This document shows, in pieces, positions 62,601-64,000 of a stretch of DNA of 64,000 bases (position 1 is its first letter; every line of letters starts with the position of its first letter). The position numbers were made by a program, and so were the translations under genes. Origin of the DNA: Paraphysomonas bandaiensis (Eukaryota; Protista; Chrysophyceae); assembly GCA_965644295.1 (NCBI GenBank), contig CBFFRP010000202.1, forward strand, positions 1 to 64,000, given 5' to 3'. The notes below the pieces were generated by a model. That model was given only the letters and a program-made list of their open reading frames with translations, was not told the origin of the DNA and searched no databases.

Positions 62601-64000
62601 ATGTAATACCAAAACTAAAAGTGATGTGGGCTTTACTATGATAACAAATGCCTATCGCTTACCCGCATGCCTTTGTCGTCAGTAGGCACACATCGATACC
62701 ACTATCTTTACTGTTGTTCATTTGGTCTATAATTCGCTGCCTGTCGCGGCCATTAACCTTTCGAGCATATTACAAGAAAGTAAACGGAGTTCCAATACTC
62801 TTACCGAACCATCGATCCTATAACTTCCGATTCCTTTTTCAGCCAGAACTTTCTGTAGAAGTAAAACACAATAAAGCCCGCAACATCACACAGCCGCAGC
62901 ACCTACTTGAATAATATCCAACATGAGCTTCGACTGCGAGAACACCAGTACTCTATGACCATCTCTTCTAAGCTCTCTCAATAGATTAAGGCATACCACA
63001 AGTTTCACGGAGCACTAACAAGAATTGTTAGGAGGAATAATTTATTCTCAAACTTTGTACCGCTAACAACTCATCTACAGAAGGAATTCTTCCCGCTATT
63101 CCAAAAACAGTTGATTGCTCGGGCAAGCTCTCCTCAATTGAAGTATCATCGAAACACTCATTTTCGAGTCGCTTGGATGCCTCAGTACGACTTGAATCTT
63201 TGTCACACAGCCCACGAGGTCGTGTCCAATACCCCGCATTCATTCTGTCCTCAAGAGATGTGTGCCCGGACGGTACACCGACGGACAAATCACTCAGAGA
63301 TTCTGCCAATAACTCAACATCGCAGTAATTGTCTCGATGATGCGGCAGTACTATGAACAGGAAATTACATAAACGTAAATAAAACATACGAAATACCTCC
63401 AGAACCTCCAGATTTACACTTCATTGCCTCTGAGGCTTCCAATAGAAACGGATGCCTGCAAAGTGTTTTTAAGTAATTGATGGCCTCCACTGGATACGTC
63501 GAGGCCGACAACACCTTCGCTAGCTGTCTTCCATGAAGATATTTTTCATACCTTATAAAGATAAATTAAGCGTGTGTCGCAGATACAACTTACACCATAC
63601 ATGTTCCTTTGCTTCTCACTCAAAGGCACCCATACAACCAATTCTCTCTTTCCTAAAATACACACGTGATACACTATAAAATAACCGTAATCGTTCTACC
63701 AGGTAGATTCAACACGTCATCAAAGTCACGTTTCTTGCGCTGTAATAAATATAATGTCAAATATATAGAACAACAACAAAAATGTTAACCTGCAGAAGTA
63801 TGGGACGCAACAAATTTCTCAGATTTTTGGCTGCGCGCTCAGATCGAATTAGCTCTGACTTAGGAATCTAAACAAAAACCATGACTGAATATACGCAGAA
63901 TAAATACTCTAAACGTACCCTTGGATCCTGACCAGCTACAATTGGTTCTACAAAAGCTGATTTGAAGTGATTTTTAGTTCCCAAAATTGCTCCTTTAGTC
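59693..64000 (-). CDS. ERCC6L: SNF2-family helicase, ERCC6L/PICH-like, 3' part
   Basis: [64 protein letters not shown]; intron ~62241-62176 joins to the 822-aa ORF; C-terminal TPR-like helix pair. Confidence 0.85.
60641..61925. repeat. 240-bp coding tandem repeat, about 5.3 copies
   Basis: Units start at 60641, 60881, 61121, 61361, 61601 and 61841; the full units differ at only a few bases. Confidence 0.98.

Overview
Intron-containing eukaryotic nuclear DNA (standard code, GT-AG introns). The gene families suggest a protist, probably a stramenopile; this is inference. Bases 1-11.9 kb are a nest of transposon remnants: three Ty1/copia pieces with LTRs, an intron-rich MULE transposase interrupted by a LINE fragment with a 14-bp target-site duplication, and a broken Ctr copper-transporter gene. 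Bases 12-64 kb are gene-dense, with about 18 genes, many in head-to-head pairs. Highlights: (1) a spliced PhnZ(HD)-PhnY(Fe/2OG) fusion, i.e. a probable one-protein oxidative C-P bond cleavage pathway; (2) a SelU/PRXL2-family selenoprotein split by the ORF track at its UGA, with a 3'UTR SECIS-like hairpin lacking the usual apical AA; (3) a recurring promoter architecture of (CATA)n tracts, ApT-rich expanded 5' introns, AT-rich 5' exons and a MITE found only in 5' intergenic regions; (4) a formin with PTEN (CX5R intact), C2, PHD and five CCDC53-like repeats but no FH1; (5) an ERCC6L/PICH helicase with a recent 240-bp coding repeat expansion. All exon boundaries were read by eye.
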